Source: an uncultured Bacteroidota bacterium
GTDB lineage: Bacteria; Bacteroidota; Bacteroidia; B-17B0; Aurantibacillaceae
Direction: 5' to 3'
DNA: 38,642 nt
Assembly (NCBI GenBank): GCA_937868565.1
Contig: CALMND010000522.1
Location: 1-38,642 of the forward strand
A program made the translations under genes and the position numbers. How positions within the stretch are numbered: position 1 is the first letter of the stretch; every line of letters begins with the position of its first letter. This document shows, piece after piece, positions 8,416-16,810 of this stretch. Under the pieces are notes generated by a model that was given only the letters and a program-made list of their open reading frames with translations, had not been told where the DNA came from and made no database searches.

Positions 8416-10016
8416 TACTTTTTAAATTGTTTTAGCAGTTCACTCAAACTTAAAGCGTTAAGACAATTTTCTTTATCCAGCATTCCTTTTCTTGCCGAAC
8501 ACACCCCGTAATACATGTCGTGAAATCCTTGCATGTGATGCGCGTCGGGATTGATGGATATTTTGACGCCTTTTTCAAGGCAATATGGGATCCAACGCCA
8601 ATCTATATCCAATCGGTAGGGGTGCGCGTTTAACTCCATAGAAACTTTGTTAGCGGCGCATGCATCAATAATTTTTTTGTGATTAATGGGATAACCTTTC
8701 CTTGCCAATAACAATCGTCCCGTAGGATGACCCAAAATGGATGTATAAGGATTTTCAATGGCACGAATTAATCTTTCGGTGGCTTTTTCTTCATCCATTT
8801 TTAGATTAGAGTGGATAGAAGCGACCACGAAATCAAATTTTTTTAAAATTTCCTCAGGATAATCTAGTGAGCCATCGTTTAAAATATCACTTTCAATACC
8901 TTTTAGTATTTTGAAATTTGTGTAGTGAGCATTTAATGATTCAATTTCATCATGTTGTTCGATAACTCTTTCTATACTAAGTCCACTGGCATATACAGCC
9001 GTTTTGGAATGATCGCAGATACCGAAATATTCGTAGCCTAATTCTTGACAATAGTCTCCCATTTGTTTGAGTGTATGCACGCCGTCGCTATATGTACTAT
9101 GGTTATGAAGAATTCATTTCAGGTCGCTTACTTAAATTAATTTGGGTATTTTGTTTTTTTTGTCCATTTCAACTTCACCTATACCTTCGCGCAGTTCCGG
9201 TTCAATGTATTGCATACCCAAAGCTTCGTATACACTTTGTTCACTTTCGAATCCTTTTTTGCTTAAACTCTTTAAATTAATTTGCTGAAGGTGTTCATTT
9301 GTGGAACTTAATTCTACTCTCCTCAAATTAAATTCTGAATCTTCAGAGAAAAAATAAATTGGTTTTAAGGGTAAATCAGTTTCTGGTAAATTAGACTCAA
9401 TGTCGGAACTTTCACTCAGAAGTATCTCAATGTTATCAATTATTTCCAGCTTCCTGGCCAATTGTCCTACCAAAGCCACTTTAACCTTGGGATATGTCTC
9501 TTGAATTATTTTAACTAATTCTAAGCAAGGTTTTTCTAAAGAGGCATAATGAAATTTATTTTGGTTGGATAATTTAAATTCGATGTTTTGTTTTACCTGT
9601 GCCTGTGTTTTTTCACCAAAGCCTTTGAGTGTGATTAGACGGTTTTCGTTACAGGCATACAACAATTCACCAATGCTCTCAATGTTTAATTCAAGCCAGA
9701 GCTGTCTTACTTTTTTTGGTCCTAAACCTTTAACTCCAAGTATCTCTATAACTCCTGCCGGAGTTTTTTCAAGCAAATCCGTTAATTCAGCGGTGGTACC
9801 TTGCGTCATCAAATCTACAATCTTTGCCGAAATTCCTTTGCCAATGCCTTCTATGGCTTCAATGTCTTCTTTTGTTTTAGCTTGAAAATCATAACGTAGT
9901 TTGGATAATTTAAACGCGGCATTGGTATAGGCTTTTGTTTTAAACGGATTTTCGCCGTGAAGCTCCATTAATTTAGCACTCATTTCAAGCGCTTCAACTA
10001 TATCGTCATTACTCAT
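8415..10016 (-). pseudogene. polX: DNA polymerase X / PHP-domain protein interrupted by two in-frame stops (true pseudogene or consensus error)
   Basis: ORFs 9132..10016 (GENPFKTKAY, HhH motifs GIGKG and GLGPKK, YIEPELRE) and 8415..9080 (CDHS, GIESDIL, ASIH, GHPTGR, NPDAH) are in the same frame. The linker reads KLI*VSDLK*ILHNHSTYSDG, with TAA at 9134-9132 and TGA at 9116-9114. Confidence 0.85.
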
Positions 10017-10043
10017 TTGTAAAAATGTTTGGTGAGAAGAAAA

Positions 10044-10721
10044 TCAATTTTGTTGGGCCAGCAAGGCACCTGCTATTAAAAGATCAAAGGGTGAAGTAAT
10101 TTTTATGTTTTCTTCATTACCTTCAATTAACACAATATTTTCCCCGATAGACTCAAAAACGGCCGCATCATCTGTAAATACCGACATGTAATTTTGTTCA
10201 AAGGCTTTTTTAATTTTTTCTACCAAAAAACACTGTGGCGTTTGAACGATTTTAAATTCGTTACGGTTCACGGAGTTGTTTACGTTGTTGCTAATTTTCC
10301 GCATGCTTTCATTTATTGAAATGCAGGGAACGGCATTGCCTTTTAATAAGGCAGTTTCATAACAATTTTTAATGGTCTCGAGCGAAACGAATGGTCTGGC
10401 TGAATCGTGTATTCCTACAACAGCAGTATTGTCATTAATCAGCGGTAAGCCGTTTTTTACGGAGTCGAACCTGGTTTCGCCCCCAAATGTAATTGCAATG
10501 TCTTTGTTTTTCAATTCAAATTTTTCTATCAAGCCCTCAAGATGCGCCTTATAATTTTTATGAACACTGATAATTATTTTAATATTCTGGTTGTAGTTCA
10601 AAAAGCAGCGAATTGTCCGAATTATAATTGGAACGCCATTTATTTCTATAAACTGTTTCGGTCGGTCGCTTTTCATTCTACTACCTATACCACCTGCTAC
10701 TATAATGACGTATTGTTGCAC
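10044..10721 (-). CDS. ispD: 2-C-methyl-D-erythritol 4-phosphate cytidylyltransferase
   Basis: VAGGIGSRM, PKQF, GGETRFDSV, IHDSARP, VQTPQCF, TDDA, NIKITSPFDL. Confidence 0.93.
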   Translation of the reverse strand: MQQYVIIVAGGIGSRMKSDRPKQFIEINGVPIIIRTIRCFLNYNQNIKIIISVHKNYKAHLEGLIEKFELKNKDIAITFGGETRFDSVKNGLPLINDNTAVVGIHDSARPFVSLETIKNCYETALLKGNAVPCISINESMRKISNNVNNSVNRNEFKIVQTPQCFLVEKIKKAFEQNYMSVFTDDAAVFESIGENIVLIEGNEENIKITSPFDLLIAGALLAQQN

Positions 10722-10845
10722 TGTTTGATTGAAATGTGTTCCGAATTTAATAAAAAAAGGTAAGATTTCTGATTTTCGTTTACAGTAAGTCAGCGCGATA
10801 ATTAATAGAGTTTATCTTAATGTTGGTTGCATATTCACGAGAGCC

Positions 10846-11607
10846 CTAATCAATTTCCAATAATACCGGACAGTGGTCGCTGTGCATAGCTTCAGGAAGT
10901 ATAACTGCCCTTTTCAATCTGTCTTTTAGGTTGTCACTGACAATATTATAATCAATGCGCCAACCCAAATTCTTACCCCGGGAACCGGCTCTGTAGCTCC
11001 ACCAGGAATAGTGATGAGGGTCTTTATTGAAGTGTCGGAACGTATCTATAAATCCGGAATTAATAAATTGCTCCATCCATTCTCTTTCTTCGGGCAAAAA
11101 CCCACTTGTGTTGGCATTGGATTTTGGGTTATGTATATCAATCGCACGATGGCAAATATTGAAATCTCCAGAAAGAATTAGGTTGGGCCTTTCCTTTTTT
11201 AACGCATGGATGTACTTTGTGTAATCGCTCAGCCATTGCATTTTAAAAGCCTGCCGCAAATCCCCACTACTTCCACTGGGGTGATAAACGCTCATAATGG
11301 ATAAATCCCCAAAATCGGCCCTCAGAATTCTTCCTTCGTCGTCGTACTCTTTTATGCCACAGCCATAAATTATGTTGTCAGGTTTTGTCCTACTAAATAT
11401 GGCAACTCCGCTGTATCCTTTTTTTTGAGCTGGATACCAATAATGATGGTAGCCCATTTCTTCAAACTCAAAAACTCCAACCTGATCCGGGCTGGCCTTA
11501 ATTTCTTGGAGACATAAAACATCTGGCGAGGATTGTTTTATCCAATCAATAAGACCTTTGCCCATGGCTGCCCTAATGCCATTTACATTGTAAGTTATAA
11601 TACGCAT
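10846..11607 (-). CDS. xth: Exodeoxyribonuclease III (ExoA/Xth AP endonuclease)
   Basis: YNVNGIRA, LQEIK, GYSGVA, GDFNICH, GWRIDY, SDHCP. Confidence 0.95.
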   Translation of the reverse strand: MRIITYNVNGIRAAMGKGLIDWIKQSSPDVLCLQEIKASPDQVGVFEFEEMGYHHYWYPAQKKGYSGVAIFSRTKPDNIIYGCGIKEYDDEGRILRADFGDLSIMSVYHPSGSSGDLRQAFKMQWLSDYTKYIHALKKERPNLILSGDFNICHRAIDIHNPKSNANTSGFLPEEREWMEQFINSGFIDTFRHFNKDPHHYSWWSYRAGSRGKNLGWRIDYNIVSDNLKDRLKRAVILPEAMHSDHCPVLLEID

Positions 11608-11649
11608 GAAAAGGTGAATTTAAAATAAATAATTGAGAAAATCGGCCCT

Positions 11650-12036
11650 TTATTTTTTCTTTGTTTTGGCTGGTTTTGTTTTTTCCAAAAGGGCCACTAT
11701 CTTTTTGAGGTAGGCTACTTCGCCGTACAGGAGCTGATTCTGTTCTCTTAAGTACTTTAGCTCTTCTTCTTGTTTTAGATAGGTTACCTCGGGTTCGCGG
11801 GCAAAAAAGTGCTTAACTCCACCTTGAGAATATTCTTTCTGAGCAGAATAAAGTGAGAAAAAATCACAGTTGAGAATCTTGCCAATTTTATTCAATAAAT
11901 CAGTATCCACACTTTCTCTTTCGAAAATGTCATAGACTACATTGCGACTGCGACTGATTTTTTTCGCAAAACCGGTTATCGAAAGGTTTTGTTTGTATAC
12001 TTCTTCCCTTATCTTTTTTCCTATATGAACTGGCAT
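11650..12036 (-). CDS. XRE/Cro-like helix-turn-helix regulator with C-terminal coiled coil
   Basis: HIGKKIREEV...FAKKISRSRNVVYDIFERESVDTDLL...LNCDFF. Start moved from TTG 12042 to ATG 12036 because the TTG is part of the -7 element. Confidence 0.8.
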   Translation of the reverse strand: MPVHIGKKIREEVYKQNLSITGFAKKISRSRNVVYDIFERESVDTDLLNKIGKILNCDFFSLYSAQKEYSQGGVKHFFAREPEVTYLKQEEELKYLREQNQLLYGEVAYLKKIVALLEKTKPAKTKKK

Positions 12037-12039
12037 ATC

Positions 12040-12047
12040 CAAAGGTA
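12040..12047 (-). promoter_or_regulatory. -7 element (TACCTTTG) 3 nt before the XRE ATG
   Basis: Minus strand reads TACCTTTG-GAT-ATG. Confidence 0.6.
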
Positions 12048-12115
12048 GTTTGCGAATAAAAGATTAACACGTTTTAATGGTATCATATTTTAGTGCATTA
12101 TGCATTTTTTTATAG

Positions 12116-12123
12116 TACATTTG
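12116..12123 (+). promoter_or_regulatory. -7 element (TACATTTG) for the 12161 gene
   Basis: Matches TAnnTTTG 37 nt upstream of ATG 12161. Confidence 0.55.
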
Positions 12124-12160
12124 TATCAGTTAATATAACATTCAGTAATTTCAATACCCA

Positions 12161-12667
12161 ATGAATATTCCTAGATGCAAAAACCTACTTATTATGCTAA
12201 TACCCCCTGTACTTCTGCTATGCGAATGCGAGGAACCATATTCTCAATCCCCCAACAAGAAAATTGTTACCACCAATTATAAGGTTAATGAGAAAATCAA
12301 CTTGGTAAGCTTTTTTGTTCCGGCCAAATATTGGGAGATTATTTCGCCCGGTCATCGGGTAATTAGTGTGCCAATAAATGAAATTACCGAGAAGGTAATA
12401 AATCACGGTGTTTTAAAAGTATACATGCACGAAAGTGATAAAAGTGTCGGGCTACCTTTCACCTACTATCAATTAAGAAGAGCTATGTCGATAGAACCTT
12501 CATGGGAAAGAGGAAAGCTATCCATCCACATCTACGGAAACTTCATTGTTAACATCAACTCAGGGTTTAAATTTAAACTACTAATTATAAATACCAAATT
12601 AGGAAACATCAAGAGATTCATAGATTGGGATAATTATGCAGAAGTGAAAGAAATATTTAAGTTTTAA
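12161..12667 (+). CDS. Hypothetical probable lipoprotein
   Basis: 168 aa, hydrophobic N-terminus ending LLLCEC followed by acidic residues, beta-rich body (LPFTY). Overlaps the convergent acyltransferase 3' end by 11 nt. Confidence 0.65.
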   Translation: MNIPRCKNLLIMLIPPVLLLCECEEPYSQSPNKKIVTTNYKVNEKINLVSFFVPAKYWEIISPGHRVISVPINEITEKVINHGVLKVYMHESDKSVGLPFTYYQLRRAMSIEPSWERGKLSIHIYGNFIVNINSGFKFKLLIINTKLGNIKRFIDWDNYAEVKEIFKF

Positions 12668-13745
12668 TTGGCTCTTTTCTAAGATTTAATCTCAGAAAAT
12701 TCAGAATAGGTTTCTCAAAGAACAGGTTAGCCATCCAACAAAAAATAAGCAAACTACCACAATAGATTGTGAAAAACCATGAAGTTTGTTTAAATTCTTG
12801 TGTAAATAAATAGCTACAAACCAACCAAACAGGGTATTGGTAAATAAATATACCAAAACTCAAATCGCCTAACCTGCTTAACGGTTTTAGAGATAAAAAT
12901 TTAGCAATGCCAGATTTATCATAGAATAAGGTCATCACAAAAACGGCAAATACCGGAGATAGCAACCCGTTATGTACGTATTTAAGAATTGGATTTGGGA
13001 TTAAAACAAGGTAAATAAAAAATAAAACCGAAAGCATGAAGTAAAAGGTGGCATAACGCTTGAAAGTTTCCGGAAGGTTTTCGGCTATTATAAGTCTGGC
13101 GGACACCATGCCTACAAAAAAGGTAGGCAAATGCCAAAGAGCAAATGAATCAACAAACTCTTGCGCTACTTTACCAGAACCTCCTATGTTTTCTACAAAA
13201 AAGATGTGTTGTAGGGTTTGGACTAACCAAACAATTATAGTTACTCCAAAAATTTTGGAATCTGGGATCTTCAGCAGCCATTTAAGTAGCAATGGAAAGA
13301 GAAGATAGAAAACTAGGTCAACCGAAATGGACCAAGCTGTAAAGTTAAGGTCTAGAACATAGCCTGGATTCAAGCTCTGTAAGCCAAGAAAGTGAAGTAT
13401 AATAACCAAGCCTTTTGGAGATGCGTGATTCACAAAAATGACAAGAATTAGTGTGGCGATGAATGCCAGCCAATAGACAGGGAAAATTCTAGTAAATCTT
13501 TTTATATAGAAATCGCGCGTCAATAAATTTTCTCCTTGTTTTGCATAAACGAGGCACATGACAAATCCGGAAATAAAAAAGAAAAAGGAAACGCGGAAAC
13601 TACTATGTTCAATAATAGTTTTTAAAATCGGAATATTAAAAGGGTAATAGGCCGTGCCGTAATGAAATAGTAATACTCCTGCAGCAAGACCAAAACGAAT
13701 AATGTTTAAAGGATAAAAATACACAAGCCTGATAAACCGATTCAA
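12657..13745 (-). CDS. Acyltransferase family 3 (OafA/YrhL-like) membrane O-acyltransferase
   Basis: RFGLAAGVLLFH, FFFISGF, KRFTRIFP, WSISVDLVFY, GDLSFGIFIYQYP, FFEKP; multi-TM. The start may be GTG 13724, since TTG 13745 lies inside a TAGATTTG element (13743-13750). Confidence 0.88.
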   Translation of the reverse strand: MNRFIRLVYFYPLNIIRFGLAAGVLLFHYGTAYYPFNIPILKTIIEHSSFRVSFFFFISGFVMCLVYAKQGENLLTRDFYIKRFTRIFPVYWLAFIATLILVIFVNHASPKGLVIILHFLGLQSLNPGYVLDLNFTAWSISVDLVFYLLFPLLLKWLLKIPDSKIFGVTIIVWLVQTLQHIFFVENIGGSGKVAQEFVDSFALWHLPTFFVGMVSARLIIAENLPETFKRYATFYFMLSVLFFIYLVLIPNPILKYVHNGLLSPVFAVFVMTLFYDKSGIAKFLSLKPLSRLGDLSFGIFIYQYPVWLVCSYLFTQEFKQTSWFFTIYCGSLLIFCWMANLFFEKPILNFLRLNLRKEPIKT

Positions 13746-13782
13746 ATCTACGTTAAATTAACTTCCAATAATATAGGGCAAT

Positions 13783-13816
13783 AAAAAAAGCGACACCCAA
13801 TCGGATGTCGCTTTTT
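13783..13816 (-). terminator. Intrinsic terminator downstream of hppA (potentially bidirectional)
   Basis: Minus strand AAAAA-GCGACATCC-GATT-GGGTGTCGC-TTTTTTT, 16 nt after the hppA stop. Confidence 0.85.
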
Positions 13817-13832
13817 ACTTATTACTTCGTGA

Positions 13833-16628
13833 TTATTTTTTCGGTTGAACTGCTTCTAGAGTAATAGCGATTCTAACATCATCTGACGCCATACCCGACT
13901 CCCCAACACCAAAATCAATTCTATTGATAACGGTTTTGCCTTCAAAGCCCGCAATGTTCATTTTTTTACCTTCCCAATCTTGCTCAACAGTTCCAACATA
14001 GTTAAACTGTAAATTGACATCTTTTGTCACTCCTTTTAAAGTAAGTTTCCCTTTAGCCAGATAAGTGTAGTCAGAATTGGTTTCGTTCTCTACAACTTCG
14101 TTTGCTTCGAACGTTGCTTTGTTGAATTTCGTTACATTAAAAAATTCAGGTTTATCTTTCAAATGGCTATCACGATATGAGTTTTGGGTATTTAGGGTGT
14201 TCATATCCATTTGAATGAATATTTTTGGCCCTGTCGCGTTTTGCAAGTTAACGTAACCGCTATCAATACTAATCGTTCCTTTTGTATCGCTGATAACATG
14301 TTTTAAGCTGAAATTAACGGAGCTGTGAGCGCCGTCTACATTGTATAAATCAGAAAGTTCGGAAATACTTTTCATGTTCGCTGATTTAATACTATCACAT
14401 TGCATTTGACTATTACAAGAGTATTCTTGACCGTTAATGGTGCATTTCATCATTTCTGCGCCAGCCATCCCTTTTTCGCAACAAGCTTCCCCATCTACGC
14501 TATTTACCGCAATGTATGGTGCAATAACTAATGAAACAATTGACATTAATTTAATAAGAATGTTCATCGAAGGGCCAGAGGTGTCCTTAAATGGATCTCC
14601 AACGGTGTCTCCTGTAACCGAAGCTTTGTGAGGCTCAGATTTCTTATAGAACATTTCTCCATTAATCAGTACACCTTTTTCGAATGACTTTTTAGCATTG
14701 TCCCAAGCTCCGCCAGCATTTGACTGGAAAATACCCATTAACACACCACTAACCGTTACACCCGCCAATAAACCTCCTAAAACTTCTGGTCCAAAAATAA
14801 AGCCAACAACTAAAGGAGTAATTAAGGCAATTGCGCCTGGCATCATCATTTCGCGAATAGAGGCCTTTGTTGAAATGGCCACACATTTTTCGTATTCAGG
14901 TTTTGCCTTGTACTCCATAATGCCTGGAATTTCACGAAACTGGCGGCGAACTTCTTGAACCATGTCCATGGCAGCTTTACCTACCGCCTGAATACAAAGT
15001 GCTGAGAAAATAAAAGGAATCATACCTCCAATAAACAAACCAGCTAAAACATTGGCTTTGTATATATCAATAGCATCAATACCTGCAATGCCTACAAATG
15101 CGGCAAACAATGCCAACGAAGTTAAGGCAGCGGAAGCAATAGCAAAGCCTTTACCCGTAGCCGCCGTTGTGTTACCAACCGCATCTAAATTATCGGTGCG
15201 TTCGCGAACTTCAGGAGGAAGTTGACTCATCTCTGCAATACCGCCTGCGTTGTCAGCAATTGGTCCAAAAGCGTCAATGGCTAATTGCATGGCAGTGGTT
15301 GCCATCATACCTGCCGCAGCAATAGCTACGCCATAAAGGCCCGCAAAATAGTATGAGGCCATAATACCTCCGGCTAAAGTTAAAATAGGAATTACTGTAG
15401 ACTTCATACCAACAGATAAACCACCAATAATATTTGTGGCATGACCCGTAGAAGATTGCTGAATAATAGAAAGTACAGGTTTTTTACCCATGGCTGTGTA
15501 ATATTCAGTTACTATACTCATAATGGCTCCTACGATGGTTCCAACTACAATAGCTAAAAACACGTTAAGTTTTGAAAACTCGTATCCGCGCAAATTAAGT
15601 GTATCAGGCAACATCCAATTTACAACAAAATAAGAAGCAATAACCGTAAGAATCATTGAAGACCAATTCCCCATATTTAGAGCATTTTGTACACTGGATT
15701 TATCATCCTTTATCTTTACAAACCAAGTTCCAACTATAGAGAAAAGAATACCCAGTCCGCAAATTACCATGGGTAGTAAAATAGGTGACATACCGTTAAA
15801 TTTATCCGCAGAAGCATCAATTTCCTGACCCAATACCATGGTTGCTAAAATTGTAGCTACGTATGACCCAAACAAGTCTGCACCCATACCGGCGACGTCA
15901 CCCACATTGTCACCCACATTATCAGCAATAGTTGCGGGGTTACGAACGTCGTCCTCAGGAATCCCAGCCTCAACTTTACCAACTAAATCAGCGCCAACGT
16001 CAGCGGCCTTTGTATAAATGCCACCTCCAACACGAGCAAATAAGGCAATAGATTCCGCACCTAAAGAAAAACCGGTGAGCACTTCAATAGCCGTTTTTAC
16101 ATCAGCAATAGAGCTTCCATCTGTACCAATTATTTGAAACATAGCTAAAAAAACCACAAATAAGCCTCCTAAACCCAACACGGCTAAACCAGCCACGCCC
16201 AAGCCCATCACGGTTCCGCCTGTAAAGGAAACCCTCAACGCTTGTTTTAAGCTCGTGCGTGCCGCTTGTGTGGTTCGAACATTGGCTTTAGTAGCCACTC
16301 TCATGCCAATGTAGCCGGCGGTAGCTGAAAATACTGCCCCAATGATAAAAGCAATGGATATTACCCAACTGGAGTGAATCTCTTTACCATTTACCTCATG
16401 AATGGTCCCCGAATAGGCCAATAAAGCGGCAGCAAAAGCCACAAAAATGCTTAATACTTTCCATTCGGCTTTTAAAAAGGCCATGGCACCCGCAGCAATG
16501 TAACCGGCTAATTCCTGCATGTTTTTATCGCCAGCATCTTGCTTGCTTACCCATGCGGATTTGATCGCCATAACTATTAAACCAACAATCCCTAGCAAAG
16601 GGACTAAATAAATAACGCTTTCGTTCAT
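13833..16628 (-). CDS. hppA: K+-dependent membrane-bound ion-translocating pyrophosphatase with C-terminal YceI domain
   Basis: [80 protein letters not shown]. The last ~170 aa are YceI-like. Confidence 0.95.
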   Translation of the reverse strand: MNESVIYLVPLLGIVGLIVMAIKSAWVSKQDAGDKNMQELAGYIAAGAMAFLKAEWKVLSIFVAFAAALLAYSGTIHEVNGKEIHSSWVISIAFIIGAVFSATAGYIGMRVATKANVRTTQAARTSLKQALRVSFTGGTVMGLGVAGLAVLGLGGLFVVFLAMFQIIGTDGSSIADVKTAIEVLTGFSLGAESIALFARVGGGIYTKAADVGADLVGKVEAGIPEDDVRNPATIADNVGDNVGDVAGMGADLFGSYVATILATMVLGQEIDASADKFNGMSPILLPMVICGLGILFSIVGTWFVKIKDDKSSVQNALNMGNWSSMILTVIASYFVVNWMLPDTLNLRGYEFSKLNVFLAIVVGTIVGAIMSIVTEYYTAMGKKPVLSIIQQSSTGHATNIIGGLSVGMKSTVIPILTLAGGIMASYYFAGLYGVAIAAAGMMATTAMQLAIDAFGPIADNAGGIAEMSQLPPEVRERTDNLDAVGNTTAATGKGFAIASAALTSLALFAAFVGIAGIDAIDIYKANVLAGLFIGGMIPFIFSALCIQAVGKAAMDMVQEVRRQFREIPGIMEYKAKPEYEKCVAISTKASIREMMMPGAIALITPLVVGFIFGPEVLGGLLAGVTVSGVLMGIFQSNAGGAWDNAKKSFEKGVLINGEMFYKKSEPHKASVTGDTVGDPFKDTSGPSMNILIKLMSIVSLVIAPYIAVNSVDGEACCEKGMAGAEMMKCTINGQEYSCNSQMQCDSIKSANMKSISELSDLYNVDGAHSSVNFSLKHVISDTKGTISIDSGYVNLQNATGPKIFIQMDMNTLNTQNSYRDSHLKDKPEFFNVTKFNKATFEANEVVENETNSDYTYLAKGKLTLKGVTKDVNLQFNYVGTVEQDWEGKKMNIAGFEGKTVINRIDFGVGESGMASDDVRIAITLEAVQPKK

Positions 16629-16650
16629 AATTTTATAATTTATAGGGCTG

Positions 16651-16658
16651 CAAAAATA
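16651..16658 (-). promoter_or_regulatory. -7 element (TATTTTTG) for hppA
   Basis: Matches TAnnTTTG 22 nt upstream of ATG 16628. Confidence 0.6.
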
Positions 16659-16795
16659 TGAAATTTCCCGTAAAACGAAAACTATATAAGTTGTTGATTA
16701 TCAAATAATAATAAAATCAATAGCCAGTTTACAAAGCATTTAGCGTTACACCTCGATTTTTTAAAACGATAAACTCTTTATCACACAATTAATTT

Positions 16796-16803
16796 TACAT
16801 TTG
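16796..16803 (+). promoter_or_regulatory. -7 element (TACATTTG) for the flavoprotein gene
   Basis: Matches TAnnTTTG 7 nt upstream of ATG 16811; embedded in the palindrome TTTACA-TT-TGTAAA. Confidence 0.6.
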
Positions 16804-16810
16804 TAAATCT

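Noticed and set aside
9114-9134. Alternative genetic code, selenocysteine or programmed frameshift at the polX stops
   Set aside because: The halves are in frame; TAA and TGA end other genes normally in this window; both stops are single G>T changes from the expected Glu and Gly codons.
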